64,000 nucleotides of DNA, taken from contig OZ024753.1 in assembly GCA_964016885.1 (NCBI GenBank), positions 5,518,001-5,582,000 of the forward strand. The letters run 5' to 3'. The first letter of the stretch is position 1. Each line of letters opens with the position of its first letter. The notes below the pieces were generated by a model, which ran no database searches, was not told the DNA's origin, and saw nothing but the letters and a program-made list of their open reading frames with translations. Both the position numbers and the translations under genes were made by a program. Positions 22,265-33,639 of this stretch are shown one piece after another. The DNA comes from Eledone cirrhosa. Lineage: Eukaryota.

Positions 22265-22780
22265 ATTGTTATACTTTGGGAGGGTCATGTTGCCAATAAG
22301 AAACACACGCACCAGTTGCGTTCACTTCAATTTATTATATATTTATAAATTTACAAATTTATAAATTTCTGGTTGGTTGGTTGGTTGGTTCCACAACCAG
22401 ATAGTTGTTTATATATAGTCATAGCTCTTTCGTCACACACTCTGTGACCTCTTCAGTGACTGGGGATTCCTTTCTTTGTTTCTGTGCCTCTCCTTTGTTC
22501 TGTCCTACGCCATTTTGTTTCTGTGTGACACACAGAAGAGGTCACAGAGTGTGTGACGAAAGAACTATGACTATATATAAACAACTATCTGGTTGTGGAA
22601 CCAACCAACCAACCAACCAGAAATTTATAAATTTGTAAATTTATAAATATATAATAAATTGAAGTGAAAGCAACTGGTGCGTGTGTTTCTTATTGGCAAC
22701 ATGACCCTCCCAAAGTATAACAATATCGGTTTCAACACACGATTTCAGATAAAGAATCTTGCTAAACAAATTCAGAAACG

Positions 22781-22783
<3 letters not shown>
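22265..22783. mobile_element. Head-to-head inverted pair of a small Penelope-pLTR-like element, embedded in (TA)n
   Basis: 22265-22455 is nearly the exact reverse complement of ~22535-22723; near-identical third copy at 53236-53511. Confidence 0.75.
22417..22461 (-). ncRNA. Candidate minimal type I hammerhead ribozyme
   Basis: Minus strand AGTCA-CTGAAGA-G-GTCACA-GAGTG-TGTGAC-GAAA-GAGC-TA-TGACT: 5-bp stem I, 6-bp stem II, minimal stem III, CUA cleavage triplet. Confidence 0.65.
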
Positions 22784-22825
<42 letters not shown>

Positions 22826-22826
22826 A

Positions 22827-22874
<48 letters not shown>

Positions 22875-22928
22875 GTATATATATACATACATATATATAT
22901 ACAAATATATATATATACATATATATAT

Positions 22929-23012
<84 letters not shown>

Positions 23013-23922
23013 CCAGTACCCGGTAACCCGGGAAAGGTGGGGTTATTCGCAGTTCCCAGAGTGCGCCTGAAAATACTAACGACCCTGGGTGCCCATACTG
23101 GATTTTCAATCGCAACCTTTGCTAAGCGTGTTTATGGCAGATCAAATTTTTGTGTGGAACTATCAATAGCTGTTTAAGTCATAAGTCTTTCTTCCATCCA
23201 GCTTTCTTCATTCAGAGTGAATCAGCCGGGGAAGTTTGAGCTCGAAGAGTATCGAACCTATTCAACAAACTTATGTATAAGAATAGCAAACTTACTGCCT
23301 TAGCGCTCAAGAACAAACACAGAACAATTGAGGAAGTCATCGCAATTATTGACGAAATTATAACCGACGCCAAGAAATTGCAACTTACTGGTGAATCCGC
23401 TTGGAACGGAAGAAGTAAAAGCATTGAGCTCACCCTTGTCAGAAGTATAGATTCACAAAACATTAACAACTATGTTTGCAAACATATGGGTTTACACAAA
23501 GATTTACAAATACCTGATGACGCGGGACATATAGACAAATAGGCTTAAAATAAGGTTGACAAATAGACAGGTTTACGAAATCACGAAACAATTGTGTATT
23601 AAATTATAGACAAGCACACAATCACAGAGTTTTGGTTTGTATATAGATATTTGAGTGAGGGTATATGTGCCTGTGTATGTTTATATATACAACCAGGACA
23701 CCATAGTGAAATACCAATATATGGAACATTACATTATGTAACATTCTCTCCTTATTTTAATTTATATTCCTTTGAAATTCCGATGAGCCGCTCTGTTTTT
23801 AAATATATTAATTATTTTCAACTGAACCAGATCAATGATGATATATAGTCATCTGATCCAGAAATATTATATAGAGTAGCGAAACAATTGTAAACGGACA
23901 TTATTATTATTAATATTAAGTT

Positions 23923-24035
23923 AATCCCGCCGAGGTTAACTTTGCCTTTCATCCTTACGGGGTCGATAAAATAAAGTACCAGTAATGCACTGGATAATTG
24001 CTGGCCTTGTGCCTAAAGTAGAAACAATTATTATT
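23923..24035 (+). mobile_element. Short Meta-domain-like SINE (representative; further copies near 18.9, 19.3, 20.55, 26.9, 27.8, 30.7, 31.4, 31.6, 32.3, 32.5, 33.25, 35.6, 48.7, 54.75 and 54.9 kb)
   Basis: AATCCCGCCGAGGTTAACTTTGCCTTTCATCCTTACGGGGTCGATAAAATAAAGTACCAG...GGCCTTGTGCCTAAAGTAGAAAC(ATT)n recurs throughout the window. Confidence 0.8.
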
Positions 24036-24144
24036 AATATTATTATTATTATTCTCTACATTCTTTACATCAAACTAAAATATGTTGACAATCATTTAAT
24101 AATGTCTTCCTTGTGAAATTTGTGGTCTTGTTTTGCTTAACTAA

Positions 24145-24192
<48 letters not shown>

Positions 24193-24761
24193 GATGTTTA
24201 AAGAAAATAGCTTTGATTATTGTAATGGAATTTCTATGAGTCGTAAAGTACAGATCACAGTGACCACCATCGAATGACGCAGGTGTCACATTCTCACATT
24301 AAGTCGATGTTGTTTACAGTTGACAACATATGTTTAGTTCTTTGTGTCATTCCTTTATTCGTATTATTTTTCCTGTCTAACAGGTATAACAATGGAATCA
24401 CGCTAGAACAGCAAATACAAATAATCAATATGTATGTATGTAAGTATGTATGTATATATATGTGTGTATGCATATATGTATGTATGTGTGTATGTATGCG
24501 TGTGTGTCTATGTATATATGTATGTATATATATATATATACATACATATATACATACATACACACACATGTATGTATGTACCTACCTATGTATGTACGTA
24601 TATATTCTACATGGTACAAAAGAAATCGTCAACAACCTGTTACTCAACATTTAGTCAGTATGAGAAAGACATAAACAAAACCATTAATGACAACTATTGA
24701 CAAGATTACTGAGAACATATGTTATAATTAAATAAGTAAAAATAACAAAGTGTAGCAGATT

Positions 24762-24833
24762 GGGGATATAGCTCAGTGGTAGAGCATTCGACTGCAGATC
24801 GAGAGGTCCCCGGTTCGAACCCGGGTGTCCCCT
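24762..24833 (+). tRNA. tRNA-Cys-GCA: tRNA-Cys(GCA), canonical copy
   Basis: Identical to 17758-17829; T-run terminator follows. Confidence 0.97.
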
Positions 24834-24909
24834 TCTTTTCTTTTTTTTTCATATTTTTCTCACATTAATTAAAATAGGATAATCAAAAGCAGAATGAACT
24901 AGCAAGATT

Positions 24910-24981
24910 GGGGATATATCTTAGTGGTAGAGCTTTCGACTACAGATCGAGAGGTCCCCTGTTCAAACCTGGGTGTCCCCT
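24910..24981 (+). pseudogene. tRNA-Cys derivative with ACA anticodon, probable pseudogene
   Basis: Loop CTACAGA; A box G10 lost, one T-T mismatch in the T stem. Confidence 0.8.
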
Positions 24982-25176
24982 TGTAGCTTTTATTTTTCTT
25001 AAACTAATTAGAATAAAGTAATCCAAAGAAGCCGACAATACCAAGACTGAGAGGTCGCCGCTACGAACTCAGGTACACCCTAAACTTTTGTCAATATATT
25101 ATTGAATTTTATTTTTTTTCTCCTCTGCGTTTTCCTTTAGAAATTATCTCTTTTATAGACAGAAGGAGGTAAATCC

Positions 25177-25470
25177 CTCATTTGGGACGAGATATAGTGT
25201 GACACGTTATCCCCTCAAACTTAGTCGCTTCGACCAGAAATCCCCGACCGCGGCCTGCAATGCAGAGGACAGGAAGAGAAGCAAATCCTGGGGCTTGTCC
25301 TCTCGCTTCTTCTTTGCACCAGCCGCCGTCAAGACTTCTAACCCCGTATAGTTGACTTCCTCCATAAAATAAGAATGACAGCAGGATCTCTGCGAAGTGG
25401 GCTGGCTGTGTAGCGGATGTAACTGGTCATTGTCCAAGGAAATGCCTTTGCTATTTTGTCCGCAGGGCGC
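25177..25470 (+). mobile_element. CRE-like non-LTR relic (RLE domain and C-terminus)
   Basis: LIWD...CDTLSP, AACNAEDRKRSK...RFFFAPAAVKTS, LVIVQGNAFAILSAG with stops and frameshifts. Confidence 0.7.
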
Positions 25471-25705
25471 AGCCGAAATATCCCTTTAACCAAGGTGTAG
25501 AGACTGTCACCCCTCCCCTTCCCCCTTTCTTTCTTCCATTGCCTAAAAGTCATTACTTCTCTCCTCCTTCTCCTCTCATTTATGTCATTTATACTCCTTT
25601 CCAATACTGATTTCTTTTTCTGTATGTTTGACTAAATATTAAATTCTTCTTTCAATTGAAAAACAACAACAAAACATAGACAGAAATTAACCAGAGAATG
25701 CATAT

Positions 25706-25770
25706 GGGAATATAGCTCAGAGCATTCGACTGCAGATAGAGAGATCATCAGCTCGAACCCGGGTCTCTCT
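25706..25770 (+). pseudogene. tRNA-Cys pseudogene lacking the D loop
   Basis: GGGAATATAGCTCAG-AGCATTCGACTGCAGATAGAGAG; 7-nt deletion. Confidence 0.8.
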
Positions 25771-26451
25771 TCGTGTTTTATTATTTTTCTCAAACTTGGA
25801 GAATCATGTGAGCGTCGAACAACATTAAACCTTTTTCTTTACCGAATTTTGAAGAAAAAAAAAAAGAAGACAGAACAACAACCAAAACAAAACGAAACAA
25901 AAGACCTAAATAAAAAGTATAAAATAAATCATTCCTTTATATCAACGTCTATTTCAGTGTCAAATATTTGTCTTAAGGAAACCTTGTATTATTTTATTGT
26001 AGAAATAATTTATATTGATCGCGGTATTCATTGGTTAAAGAATTCTTGTATATTTCTTTATAATTTCCTAAAATAACACATCTTATTTTATCCAGTTGAT
26101 TTGATTTCAATCCCTGTTGAGGTGTCGCTATAATGAAGCTAGTTTATCCCATTTATTTAAAAAAATTTTCCATTTATTTTTCTGATTCAATTCGTTCGAT
26201 AAAAAACAAAATAAATAAATAAATAAAATAAAATAAAAGCGGAAAAGTTCAAAATTTTATCATCTTACAACAACAATAACAAAAATCGATACAAGTAAAA
26301 AAATATATTTTGTTTCAATATATGAAAAAACCCCTCCAAATAAATCAAACAAAACAGGCGGCGAATTGGCAGAATCGTTAGAACGCCGGATAGAATGCTT
26401 TGCAGTATTCGTTTCCGCTTTCTGTTCTCTGAGTTTAAATCCCGCCGAGAT

Positions 26452-26600
26452 CCTTTAAATATCCCCATTTTGCCAGATTGACTTTTGCACGTTCAACACC
26501 AGATGTTAGTCTGTTGAGGCATTTCCACACTGCATAGTTTGTATCTGCTCCAGGGGACAGTGCCTCGCTTGATTTTAGCTCCATTGTTGTTACAGATGGG
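26452..26600 (-). mobile_element. Vingi/Ingi-like LINE C-terminal relic abutting a SINE head (26357-26450)
   Basis: LSPGADTNYAVWKCLNRLTSGVERAKVNLAKWGY in ORF 26435-26920 resembles the W..LNRLR.G..R....KWG motif. Confidence 0.55.
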
Positions 26601-27351
26601 AGGTTGTTAAGTTTTTCTTCACAGTGAGTGACTCTTTCACTACTTATGTTTGATGTTCCAAGGGGTGTGACACTCTTTAGGAAACTTTTCTTGGTATGGT
26701 CCCATAACTCCTGTTGGATTCGTAGGAGCATCGTAGTGGCATACGGTATTTCTTGGATATTTCTAAAGATTGGCAAACCCATCTCCTCTTCAGGCCTGAA
26801 AACAGAAGATTTCCCCAAAAGAAGGATAGAAAATGATAGAGAGGAATACTTCCATATATTGATGTCTAATTTAGATACAAGGTCAACAATTTGAGGGGAG
26901 GAGGAAGTCGATGACCTCAACCCCAGTACATAACTGGTACTTTATTCTATCAACGCCAGAGAGATGAAGGCAAAGTTGACCTCGGTGGGATTTGAACTTA
27001 GAAGGTAGCTGACCGTTAACTAAATGTTGCAAAGCACCTTTGACCGACGCTCTACCGATTACTTCCAATCGTCTGTCCTTACTTAAGTTCATATATTGAA
27101 ACGAAATATATCTTCTCTCTAATCGTTTATTGTGGTAACGAGGTCTAATTTGAAACTGTTTTATTTGTTTAACTAAAAGAAGTAAATAGGAAGAAACGCG
27201 TAAAATTGCTTCACTGAAGCCAGCACACTTGGGACTGAAATCAAGTCAACGGAACGAAATTAAGGAGAAAGGATTTGTTTTTACCTTTGTTTTGCTTTGG
27301 TTTATTATTATTATTATTTTTTTTAGAAATTAGAGATAAAGAAATTGAGAG

Positions 27352-27434
27352 AAGGAAACAACAGGTATTGAACCGGAACCGGAAATATCTCGATCAACAG
27401 TCGAATAGTTTTGCTATTAAGTGAGTTATCTTCT
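27352..27434 (-). pseudogene. Heavily decayed tRNA-Cys remnant
   Basis: TTGAACCGG...TCTCGATCAACAGTCGAAT aligns to the reverse complement of tRNA-Cys. Confidence 0.5.
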
Positions 27435-27994
27435 TATACGACAATATTATAGAATTACTATGTTGTCATAACATAAACTCAACAACGAAATAAAAGCCAT
27501 ATAAAAAAATGTCATTCTATTTGTTGTTTTTGTTGTATAGTATTGTTGTTTTTAATCTTCGTTGAGTTTTTGCTTTTGTTTTTGTGGTGATAGAGTTTAT
27601 TTTTTGAAATAGAAATTTAGAAATTTACACCTATGTTTGATACGAAGGAATCGCCATAAATTATTAACAATAATATATCTATTCTATATATTAGTAGTCT
27701 AGAAAAAAATCTATAGAATTAGAATATATCTAAAATAACATTAAAAAATTGATTTTCTAATTTAGACACAGGTTCAGTACATTTAGGGGAAAGGAAGAGT
27801 TGATTAAATCAGCCCCAGTAATTGACTGGGTCTTTAATTTATTGACCTCCAGAAGGATGAAAGGAAAGTAAACCTTAATGGGACTTAAACGCAGAATGTA
27901 AAGAGCCAGAACAAATACCGCAATGGAATTTTATCGGACACTCTACCAATTCTGTCATGTTAACCCACCTTTTAATATGTTACTAATTAAATAA

Positions 27995-29187
27995 CATAAA
28001 GCACTCGATTTCAACAACTTTATATTTACAGTGTATAGGTGACAAATTATCAGAGTCGTTAGAAGACTTTCTTACTTCTCTATTGCACACTCTCATTCTT
28101 AAAAATACAAGCCAATTTCTTTTAAATTACATCCTACTGTCATAAAATAGGAATGACACATTGTATAATGTAGTCACAGAAACCCTTAAAATGACAAGAG
28201 GTTCTTATTGGTTCATATAACAGTTAATGTAGAAACAGAAACCAATAAATAACATATAACAGTTGAGGCGGTGTAGGCTTTGAGGTAAATCATAACAACA
28301 ATAATACTACAGTTATGTATAGTGTAGTATTTATAAAATTCACAAATTATTTCATCAATATTTTAGTTATTTTTCTCAAATCATATCCTACCATCTTTAA
28401 ACAAAGGAAGAATACGTTAAATAATAAAGTTCCCGATGCCCCTCAAATGACACGATGGCAATCTTTGATTATATGTCTGTTGGGCCAGTGCTAAATTACA
28501 ATAACAGCACTAAAGTCATAATATCTATAAAACACACACTCACCATATTTAATCACTCTTTTATTCATTTATTTTCTCTGTTAATAATACAAAAATCATT
28601 CATAATATGAAAAATAGTGAACACTTTTCGCCCGTCTTTGTGAAAGTTGACGTAAATCATGTGCCAAATTGAGCAAAGAAGAAATTTTCAGTAGTAAAAT
28701 TCCAAGACAGACTACTTCGAGATAAAGTACTTTATAGCTATCGACTAAAGCCATCTCTAGGCTGTGTTAAGCTTCAATCGATCTAACAAAATAGTTTATT
28801 GTTTGGTGGACGAAGAAGAACCAGTAGTAAAAACATCGGTCAGACTGTTGAGAAAATAAAGTTGACTATCACTGCTATTAGAGAAAAATCCTGTAAAGAT
28901 TGCTTCGTTCTTTAATCGATTTCAAGATTGATCGTTAAGTGCCAGACTGTTGATAAAAAGCCGAAGATAAATGTGGATAAATGGATCTTTACTCTCTGGA
29001 TCTTTTCTACAGTCTAAGTTGTGGGATATATTTACAACATAATAAAATATTCAAATTTAAATAAACTGGTGTTGATCTACTTCAGTAGATTTCATTTTAA
29101 TGATGTTTATAAAATGGAATAGAATAAGTTTGTTTGTTGTGTGAAGAAGAGAATTATAACGGTAAGTGTTTCACTGTTGAAAGATCT
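27995..29187 (+). repeat. Copy 1 of a ~1.2-kb inverted segmental duplication
   Basis: Reverse complement of 38154-39448 with few substitutions. Confidence 0.9.
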
Positions 29188-29885
29188 AAGTCCACGCGGA
29201 CCTTAACTAAAACAAACTAAAGGGTTGACCCTACCACCACCAAAAAACAAAAATTCCAAAACCAAACAAAACGAAATTCCATTTCAGTTGTCAAAACCTA
29301 ACATGTTGTAGTTTCCAGACTGACGGCAGTTAATCTGTTAAACAACATAACGAAATGAAATATAATTGTAAAACTATGGCAAAGATAACTAAAGCCAGAC
29401 TGAAAATTCAGTTCAAACTGATTGAACCGAGGTAATTCAACATAGAAGAGAGAAGCTAGAAAAAAAATTGAAAACTTTCGAATGAACGAAAATAACCTTA
29501 TAGTTATCCTATTCTAATAAAGTTTCTTTGTAGAGGAAAGAAGATTGCACCCCCCCACACACGCACACGCACACACACACACACGCACACTATCTCTCTC
29601 TCCCTTTCTCTCTCACCTACTCTTCCTCTCTCACACACAAACACACTCTTTCTCTCTCACACACACACACACTCTTTCTCTCACACACAAGCGCATACAC
29701 AAAGACACCCCCACACAGACACAGACACAAACACAGACACAGACACAGACAGACAGACAACCCATACAGACACATACAGACACACACAAACACATAGACA
29801 CACATAAATTGGCACATACACACACATATACACACACAAATAAATACAAAAATGAAATAAAAAAAGAACAAAAGAAATACGAAAG

Positions 29886-30314
29886 CTACGGTTTTTTAAA
29901 TGTTTATTTATAAACATACCGTATTTCTTTAGAAATACGAAATTCTAATACATGTCTGTATAAAGCTATGCTCGAAGCTAAATTCTAATTCTATTATAAG
30001 CCAATTTATGCAGCTTCATATGCAAATGAGATTAATCACCACGTTTACACAGACGAGAAAACTATATATTCTCGCCTGTTTTCAAGTCCAGCAGCTGCAA
30101 GAGTGGGAGGGATCGTCCTGATGAGAACCAGTTCAGTTTGAAATGAATCGGCGATTGTCTCTCTTGCTTCTGCTGGACACCGTCAGGTGGCGATAGCTGC
30201 CATTTATTTTGCATAACTACGGCTTTCTAAATGTTTATTTATAAACATACCGTATTTGTCTAGAAATACGAAATTCCAATACATATCTGTATACAGCTTA
30301 ACTCGAAGCTAAAT
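29886..30314 (+). mobile_element. Partial tandem repeat (331-bp period, ~98-bp terminal redundancy) carrying a hammerhead fold; retrozyme/pLTR-like
   Basis: 29886-29983 is repeated at 30217-30314 (CTACGG...CTCGAAGCTAAAT). Confidence 0.6.
30111..30156 (+). ncRNA. Candidate minimal type I hammerhead ribozyme
   Basis: GATCGTC-CTGATGA-GAAC-cagttca-GTTT-GAAA-TGAA-TC-GGCGATT: complete core, stems I and II pair with G-U wobbles, AUC cleavage triplet. Confidence 0.6.
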
Positions 30315-32879
30315 CCCCCCCTCTCTCTCTATATATATATATATGTAGGTGTATATGTATATATGAGTATATGTATATATACATAGGCATATATACACAT
30401 ATACAAATCGATTGATCACAAGAAAACTGACAAATATCTCTATAAGTAATGTAAGTAATACTAAACTGATAAGAAAGAATTCGGAAATGAATGGGAAGCA
30501 ATAAAAATTTAATTGATAAAATGGCGTTGATTGACGAAATACTTCAAATGAAAGTAAGGAATTAAATAACACTTTATACTTTTAGCAGTTATGTAACAAA
30601 ATAAAAATAAAATAAAAAGAAAAGAAAAGACATTTTTTTCAGATAATGGCTTCTGATTTTGGCACAAGGCCAGCAATTTTTGAGGCACTAGAAAAGCAGA
30701 TTATACCGATCCGAGAACTTGACTTGTACTTTATTTTATCGAACTCGGAAAGATGAAAAATGAAGAAACAGAACAAATACTAAGCCTTTGTCCAATGCTC
30801 TACCGACGCTGCCAGTTCCTTGGCCTATTGCTATCAGAAAATGACATTTGGTATTCTTCTAAAGTGGCGAATTAATAGGTCAACTTTGCCTTTCATCCAT
30901 TCAAGGTCGATAAACATAGTACTAGTCTAAAACTGGGGTCGATTCCTTCTCTATCATTTCCTCTCTCTCACTTTCTATCCTTCTCCGGAAGAAATCTGCT
31001 GTATTTAGAACTTGAGAGGGATGGGCTCCGCCAGGTTTAAAATACGCCAAACTTAGGTTCCTTTCTGTATATGCAGCAGCGAAAGGCCATGCTCACGCAA
31101 CAGACGTGAAAGTTGTTTAAGTCAAGTGATGCCCGTGTTTGAAGCTTTTTTAACTTAAGAAAGGCAATAGACCAATCCCACTCTCTGAACAATGGTGACA
31201 GGTATACAAAAAGAAGAACAGGGCAATATCATTGGCTGCCATCGAGTCGCAGGTTTTACATCAGCATTTTCCTTCTCCTAGAATGATATCCTAGCAAGAA
31301 CTAAGGATTTCACACTCCCGGTCGGCTCATCGTACGTTCGGGAACATAGAAATACATATATACATAAATACATACATACATGTCTGTAAAGTTTATCTCG
31401 CACAAGGGATTTTAATAATGAATAGGCACAAGGCCAGTAATTTGGGGGGAGGGGAAAGTCGATTAAATCTACCCCAGTGTATTACTGGTGCTTTATTCTA
31501 TTGACCTCGTAAGGATGAAAGGCAAAGCTAACCTCGGTGGGATTTCAACTCAGAACATAAATAATTGTTACTTTTATAGGCAGAAAGCCAGCAATTTTGA
31601 GGGAGGGGAAAATCGATTAAATCGACCCCAGTACGTGACTGGTACTTTATTTTATCGACCCGTACGGATGAAAGGCAAAGCTAACCTCGGCGGGATTTGA
31701 ACTCAGAAAGTAAATAAGGATAATACTAAAGTATCAAATGTCATATCATTAAACGATTTTTATATTTTTTGAAGGAATAAATATTTTTCTTTAACGTTTT
31801 GGCAGAGGGAAAATTGTCTTTTTCGATTTGTTAACATTATCCTTTTGGTAACTGTGTTGGATAATTCACTGGCAGTATTTCTTTTAATGACAGTTAAACA
31901 CCCCAGGGTAATTTATATCTGTTTTAGCCTAGAATATGTCATTTACAAATGAGAGGTGTCAACTGTGTAAAAAGACCAATTGTGTAACAACACAATATAG
32001 CAATAATAAAACTGTACATTTTCCTTTTCCCCACCACATAAGTGCACGTAAGAGTCAATAACTTGATCTCTTGTGATTAGAAGTATGTATCAATAGATGA
32101 TGATCACTATTGATCTTTTCACATATAATCTGTTACTTGCTGGTAGGTAAGTTAAAAACATAGATTGAGAAACAACCAAGTAACGACCTCTCATTTGAAA
32201 GAACCAACCTTGAACAGAAATTGTAATATATTTTTTAATTTTACTATCTTTACTTTAGATAGCAATAATAATAATGGTTTCTGATTTAGGCACAAGGCCA
32301 AGGATTTTTAGGGAGGGGAAAGTCGATAAAATCGATCCAGGGCATTACTGGTACTTTATTTTATCGACACCATAAGGATGAAAGGCAAAGCTAACCTCAA
32401 CAGGATTTGAACTCAGAACGTAAAGGGCCTTACTCTATGCCACGAAGCAGGGTGTCCGACGCTCTATCGATTCTGTTAATCCACCGCCCTTTAGATAACA
32501 ATAATAATAATTTCTGATTTCGGCACAAGGCCAACAATTTTGGGGAAAGTTGATTAAATCCATCTCAGTGCATAACTCGTACTTTATTTTATCGAACCCG
32601 TAAGAATGAAAGGCCAAGTTAACCTCGACAGGATTTGAACTCAGATCGTAAAGGGACGTTATTCTATACTGCAAAGCATGATGTTCGACGCTCTACCAAT
32701 CTTACTGCCAATCCACAAACTCTTTTGCCGCCTATAATATTTTACTTAAGCGAATTAAGAAAAAAATGTAGATATAATATTTTTGTCCTGAAACACGACG
32801 CAGCAGCGTCGTAGACAAATGAAGCACCCCTAGAAAGATATTGAAATATAGCATCTGCTTCGTCAACATGATACTGAAT

Positions 32880-33226
32880 GCGTGCATGGTCACGTAATCC
32901 TTGGGGAAGGAGTCGTAGTGGCACGGTATTGACATACGGCCTTTCTAGAGCATTATTTATTTTTTTAAACCTGGCGGAACTCATCTCCTCTCCAGGTCTG
33001 AATACAGCAGATTTCTCCCTGAGAAGGATAGAGAGAATGAGGGAAAGGAAGTGAGAAAGAGATATAGAGGAAGAATCGACCTCAATACTTGATTGGTACT
33101 TTATTTTATCGACCCCATAAGCCGAAGTTGACCTCAGCGGGATTTTAACTCAGAGAGCAGAGAGTGGAAACGAATACTGCAAAGCATTCTATATGACGTT
33201 CTAACAACTCTGCTACTTCACCGCCT
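32880..33226 (-). mobile_element. Long Meta-domain-like SINE (tRNA-like head, Meta-like core, CT-rich tract, unique 3' body); relatives at ~26.7-26.85, 30.87-31.05, 37.08-37.2, 45.79-46.03, 46.86-47.12, 57.62-57.74 and 61.13-61.34 kb
   Basis: Shared body AAATCTGCTGTATTCAGACCTGGAGAGGAGATG.G.TCCGCCAGGTTTAAAA joined to the GGGGTCGATAAAATAAAGTACC core. Confidence 0.75.
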
Positions 33227-33433
33227 TCATCATGACACTACATGACAATAATTGTTTCTACTTTTGGCACAAGGCCAGCAATTACCCCAGTGAATTACTG
33301 GTGCTTTATTTTATCGACCTCGTAAGGATGAAAGGTAAAGTTAAACTCGGCGAGATTTGAACTCAGAACCTAAAGGGCCATTAATAATGATAAACAACAC
33401 TGAAGGTGACAAGAAAGCTTAATGCTGTCAATT

Positions 33434-33506
33434 AGGAGACAGCCGATATTGAACTGCAACCTCTTATTCTGCTGTCAAAAGCTCTAACCACTGAACTATA
33501 ATCCCC
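33434..33506 (-). pseudogene. Decayed tRNA-Cys
   Basis: Reverse strand GGGGATTATAGTTCAGTGGTTAGAGC...GCAGAATAAGAGGT...TGTCTCCT. Confidence 0.65.
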
Positions 33507-33639
33507 AAACGACAATCAGATTAATTTTCTTCTTCTTCTTGAGACATCCCTCTTTTGAAGGTGAAGCATTTATTTTGCTTTTCCTAATAGCTAGAATATA
33601 TGTGGCTCGCCACGCCTGCATAAACCTCCACGCCACCGA

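Noticed and set aside
23513-23560. CTGATGA as another hammerhead core
   Set aside because: No stem II followed by GAAA at a suitable distance.
26357-26450. tRNA-like sequence with A/B boxes (also 35882-35945 and 61133-61215)
   Set aside because: No cloverleaf; these are SINE heads.
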